Origin: Gammaproteobacteria bacterium
GTDB taxonomy: Bacteria; Pseudomonadota; Gammaproteobacteria; JBCCGL01
Direction: 5' to 3'
Assembly (NCBI GenBank): GCA_965277715.1
Contig: OZ255836.1
Span: forward strand, 384,001 to 448,000
Length of the DNA: 64,000 nucleotides
The position numbers and the translations under genes are program-made. Below the pieces are notes generated by a model, which had not been told where the DNA came from, ran no database searches, and saw nothing but the letters and a program-made list of their open reading frames with translations. Shown here piece after piece: positions 63,682 through 64,000 of the stretch. The first letter of the stretch is position 1, and each line of letters begins with the position of its first letter.

Positions 63682-63839
63682 TATGACTAATATGTTTCTA
63701 TGAATGAGCAACATATCCCGTTTTCTCGCCAATTTGCTTCACCAACAGAGGAAATGCTTCGTGACCCTGAATATCTATCGATGTGTGGACACAAACTTGA
63801 CAAAACCCTCAGTTGGAAAGACATCTTGCAGGCCCTGTG

Positions 63840-64000
63840 TGTCAACCTCACCTCAAGCCACTATGATTTAAGTTAACATCTAAATCAGGGCAGCTATCGA
63901 GAGTGAGAACAATGCCAAAACCAATGTTAGATAAACCACAACCTGAGTCATGTGAGATCAAGCCTGATCGGACACTTGAGAAAAAGACTCGCCGCACTTT
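63840..64000 (+). mobile_element. Probable IS3-family left end and start of orfA (runs out of the window)
   Basis: Begins TGTCAACC; ATG 63912 MPKPMLDKP...EIKPD..LEKKTRRT resembles IS3 OrfA starts. Confidence 0.55.

Overview
Gammaproteobacterial chromosome segment in three parts. (1) About 1-16 kb: the pnp 3' end and tadA, then an accessory methylamine/betaine-type catabolic and transport cluster (non-pyrrolysine MttB-family methyltransferase, GcvT-type FAD oxidoreductase, SET protein, D-cysteine desulfhydrase/CuyA-like lyase, ProXVW-type ABC transporter, PhyH dioxygenase, sterol-desaturase-like protein) with a few gene fragments. (2) About 16-46.6 kb: core genes aat, trxB, ftsK, lolA, rarA, queG, crcB, serS, gabD, an ada-like gene, xthA, the iscRSUA-hscBA-fdx-iscX operon, and ndk-rlmN-pilW-rodZ-hisS-yfgM-bamB-der, with no ispG at its usual position. 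(3) About 46.6-64 kb: a decayed island with IS3, IS66 and XerD-like remnants, an SXT/IncC-like traLEKBVA block and several toxin-antitoxin genes. The most interesting part is 58.1-63.5 kb, a tandem array where copies of a RAYT-like Y1-HUH transposase with a DnaA-C-type HTH tail, bounded by GGGGTCAAGTA/TACTTGACCCC inverted repeats, alternate with AT-rich cassettes. Each cassette starts with a start-less gene tail followed by an immunity-like ORF. An IS1111-type IS110 remnant sits in one of these inverted repeats, and its 3' non-coding region carries guide-like segments matching that repeat. All calls come from motif recognition by eye; no database searches were run.
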